Positions 62,211-64,000 of a stretch of 64,000 nucleotides of DNA are shown here, one piece after another. The DNA lies in the NCBI GenBank assembly GCA_010909165.1, contig MU008171.1:930001-994000 (forward strand), in the 5' to 3' direction. Position 1 is the first letter of the stretch; every line of letters starts with the position of its first letter. The translations under genes were made by a program, and so were the position numbers. Below the pieces are notes generated by a model, which was given only the letters and a program-made list of their open reading frames with translations, had not been told where the DNA came from and did no database searches. This DNA is from Anthoceros angustus (Eukaryota; Plantae; Anthocerotophyta).

Positions 62211-64000
62211 AAACCATTTGAATTACCTTACGATGGCGAAGGTAATGCTTTTCTGTAAAAGGATTCAAAACGAAATGACAGAGCAGAGAAAATGATAAGA
62301 GAGAGAGAAATGACATATAAGATGGGTGGTTTAGGCACCAAGTCTATATAGTTCATGGACCTCGGCCCCCTCACCAAAGAGCGCCCCTCGGCCCCACTTA
62401 CCGCCCTCACGCCGGAACGGACGCCGCCGGGCACGGCCTAACGGTCTCGCCTCACGGCCTCGACTGCTCGCCGTGACGCCCGCCCGCTTCCTAACACATA
62501 GGCACAATGATAAACGAGTATACCACATCTTTTGATGTGGTCATCCCCTGCTCTGCAGATTACATCAAGCAGAGAATCCACATCTATCTAGACACGCTAT
62601 CTAGAAGAAACAACCTCTTCCGAAATCCTCCACAACCTGAAATCGAAGCATTAAAAGCTTCAGTAATTAACAAAATCAAACAACTGCAAAACCGTAGAGA
62701 AACCAATGAAACTAAAACCGTGAGAATCCTACTTACCATGCACCTTGACACCACCTGTCTCCTTAGAAACTCCGTCTTCGAGACATAAACTTACAACATA
62801 CACACCACATTATCACCCCACATACACACATGAGAAAATTAAAAACACAAATGGCTACCTCTAGCATCTCGCTGTCCAAGGAGGACAGATTTGATGGACA
62901 ACAGCACAACTTCCCCATATGGAAGTTTAGAATTACAAACATTCTGAAAGAAAGAAAGCTTTGGGAATTCGTAGGTGGAGTCGGCACTCCACCGATGGTT
63001 ACAGCACGTCCTTCAGGCGCTAACGCCACAAATGCCCAGAAGGAAGAATGGGACGACAAGAATCAGCAAGCCAAGAATGTAATCATGCAAGGCATGAACC
63101 GAAACGCTGAATTGGAAGGGATCAACAATGGACAAGCTTGGCAACAACTCCACGATGTGTATGTCGGACATCATGCACATGGTCCACACGATTAAAAATT
63201 ACTTCTCTTTAAGGATGTCGAACACCAAGTGGACACACATACCATGTTGTTTAGAATGGAACGCCAAGTTCCAATCATGTGGCTTCACCATCTCGAAGAT
63301 TTGATGGAATATTGCTGTCTACTCTACCCGAGATCTACGTAGTTCGGTCCTACAAGGTGCCCACCTCCACGGTCAACAAGGTCATTAGTGCAATGTTGAC
63401 GTAAGAAGCAAGGAGAAAAGTATTTGCTACCTCCTTTGGCGGGGAATCGTCAAACGCAGCCTACTTCACAGGCAGAGGAAGAGCTCGAGGCCGTGGAAGG
63501 CCCAACTTTAGAGCCCAGCAGCAACACAGGGGCAGAGGCTCCTATTCAAGAGGACGTGGCAACTTCAACCCAAGTTGGAGAAAAATATGTGGCTACTGCA
63601 AAATTCTGGGCCACACATATGAGGAGTGCCGGAAACGCATGTCAGATAATAACCAAAGAAGAGACAGAGGAGAAGCATCAGGCCAGTTAGCTTTAACTAT
63701 GAAAAGACACTCAAAGGCATTCCTATGCCTACTAAATAGCAGGTCAGACTCACCACCATCAGCCCTAGTTGCTTCATGTCTGACTGCTCAAGGCCAGCAC
63801 TCCTGGTATATAGATTCAGGGGCGTCACAGCATATGACCCCACATCAAGAATATTTCAAAGACTTTACACCCTCTAAGCCTCCTCACTTCGTCAGCCTGG
63901 GTGATGACACAAGGCACACCATAGAAGGACACGGATCAAGAGAATTAAACTGCCGGGAAGCACACCAAATTTCGGATGTTCTACTTGTCCCGGGACTTAC

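Larger units (their letters stand above)
51048..62493. mobile_element. Unclassified ~11.4-kb insertion, GC-rich ends, no transposase recognised
   Basis: Interrupts the Copia ORF0 and is flanked by the direct repeat ACACATA (51041-51047, 62494-62500). Confidence 0.6.
50599..64000 (+). mobile_element. Copia (LTR 50599-50775, PBS 50776, ORF0, gag from 62851, protease) split by an 11.4-kb insertion; runs off the window
   Basis: TG...CA LTR and TGGTATCAGAGC. ORF0 halves at 50800-51047 and 62494-62788 are collinear with the 17-kb element leader. MATSSISLSKEDRFDG gag and WYIDSGASQHMTPH at ~63805. Confidence 0.82.

Overview
Plant nuclear DNA. Short introns, Cys-less germins and the TE content suggest a non-seed plant, possibly Selaginella-like (inference). 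The consensus is indel-rich and looks like unpolished long-read sequence, so most frameshifts are probably artefacts. Host genes are three germin-like paralogues, one secreted legume-type lectin and one SGNH-esterase-like pseudogene. The rest is nested Ty1/Copia LTR elements and DNA-transposon insertions. A ~12 kb block (16.8-28.8 kb) is tandemly duplicated (28.8-41.3 kb) across a 9-bp microhomology. The main find is an 8.3-kb TIR DNA transposon (18998-27256; second copy 30966-39739) with a 4-bp TCCA TSD, inserted at codon 4 of a Copia gag. It encodes a Sola/DUF7869-type DDE transposase on + and, divergently, an intron-containing ParB/Srx-like + beta-class amino (N6mA/N4mC) DNA methyltransferase-like gene on -. 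Also seen: a C5 DNA methyltransferase remnant at 11.1-11.5 kb, a Copia lineage with a conserved extra ORF upstream of gag, and an 11.4-kb insertion carrying two divergent multi-exon genes of unknown function. All protein family assignments come from motifs read by eye, without database searches.
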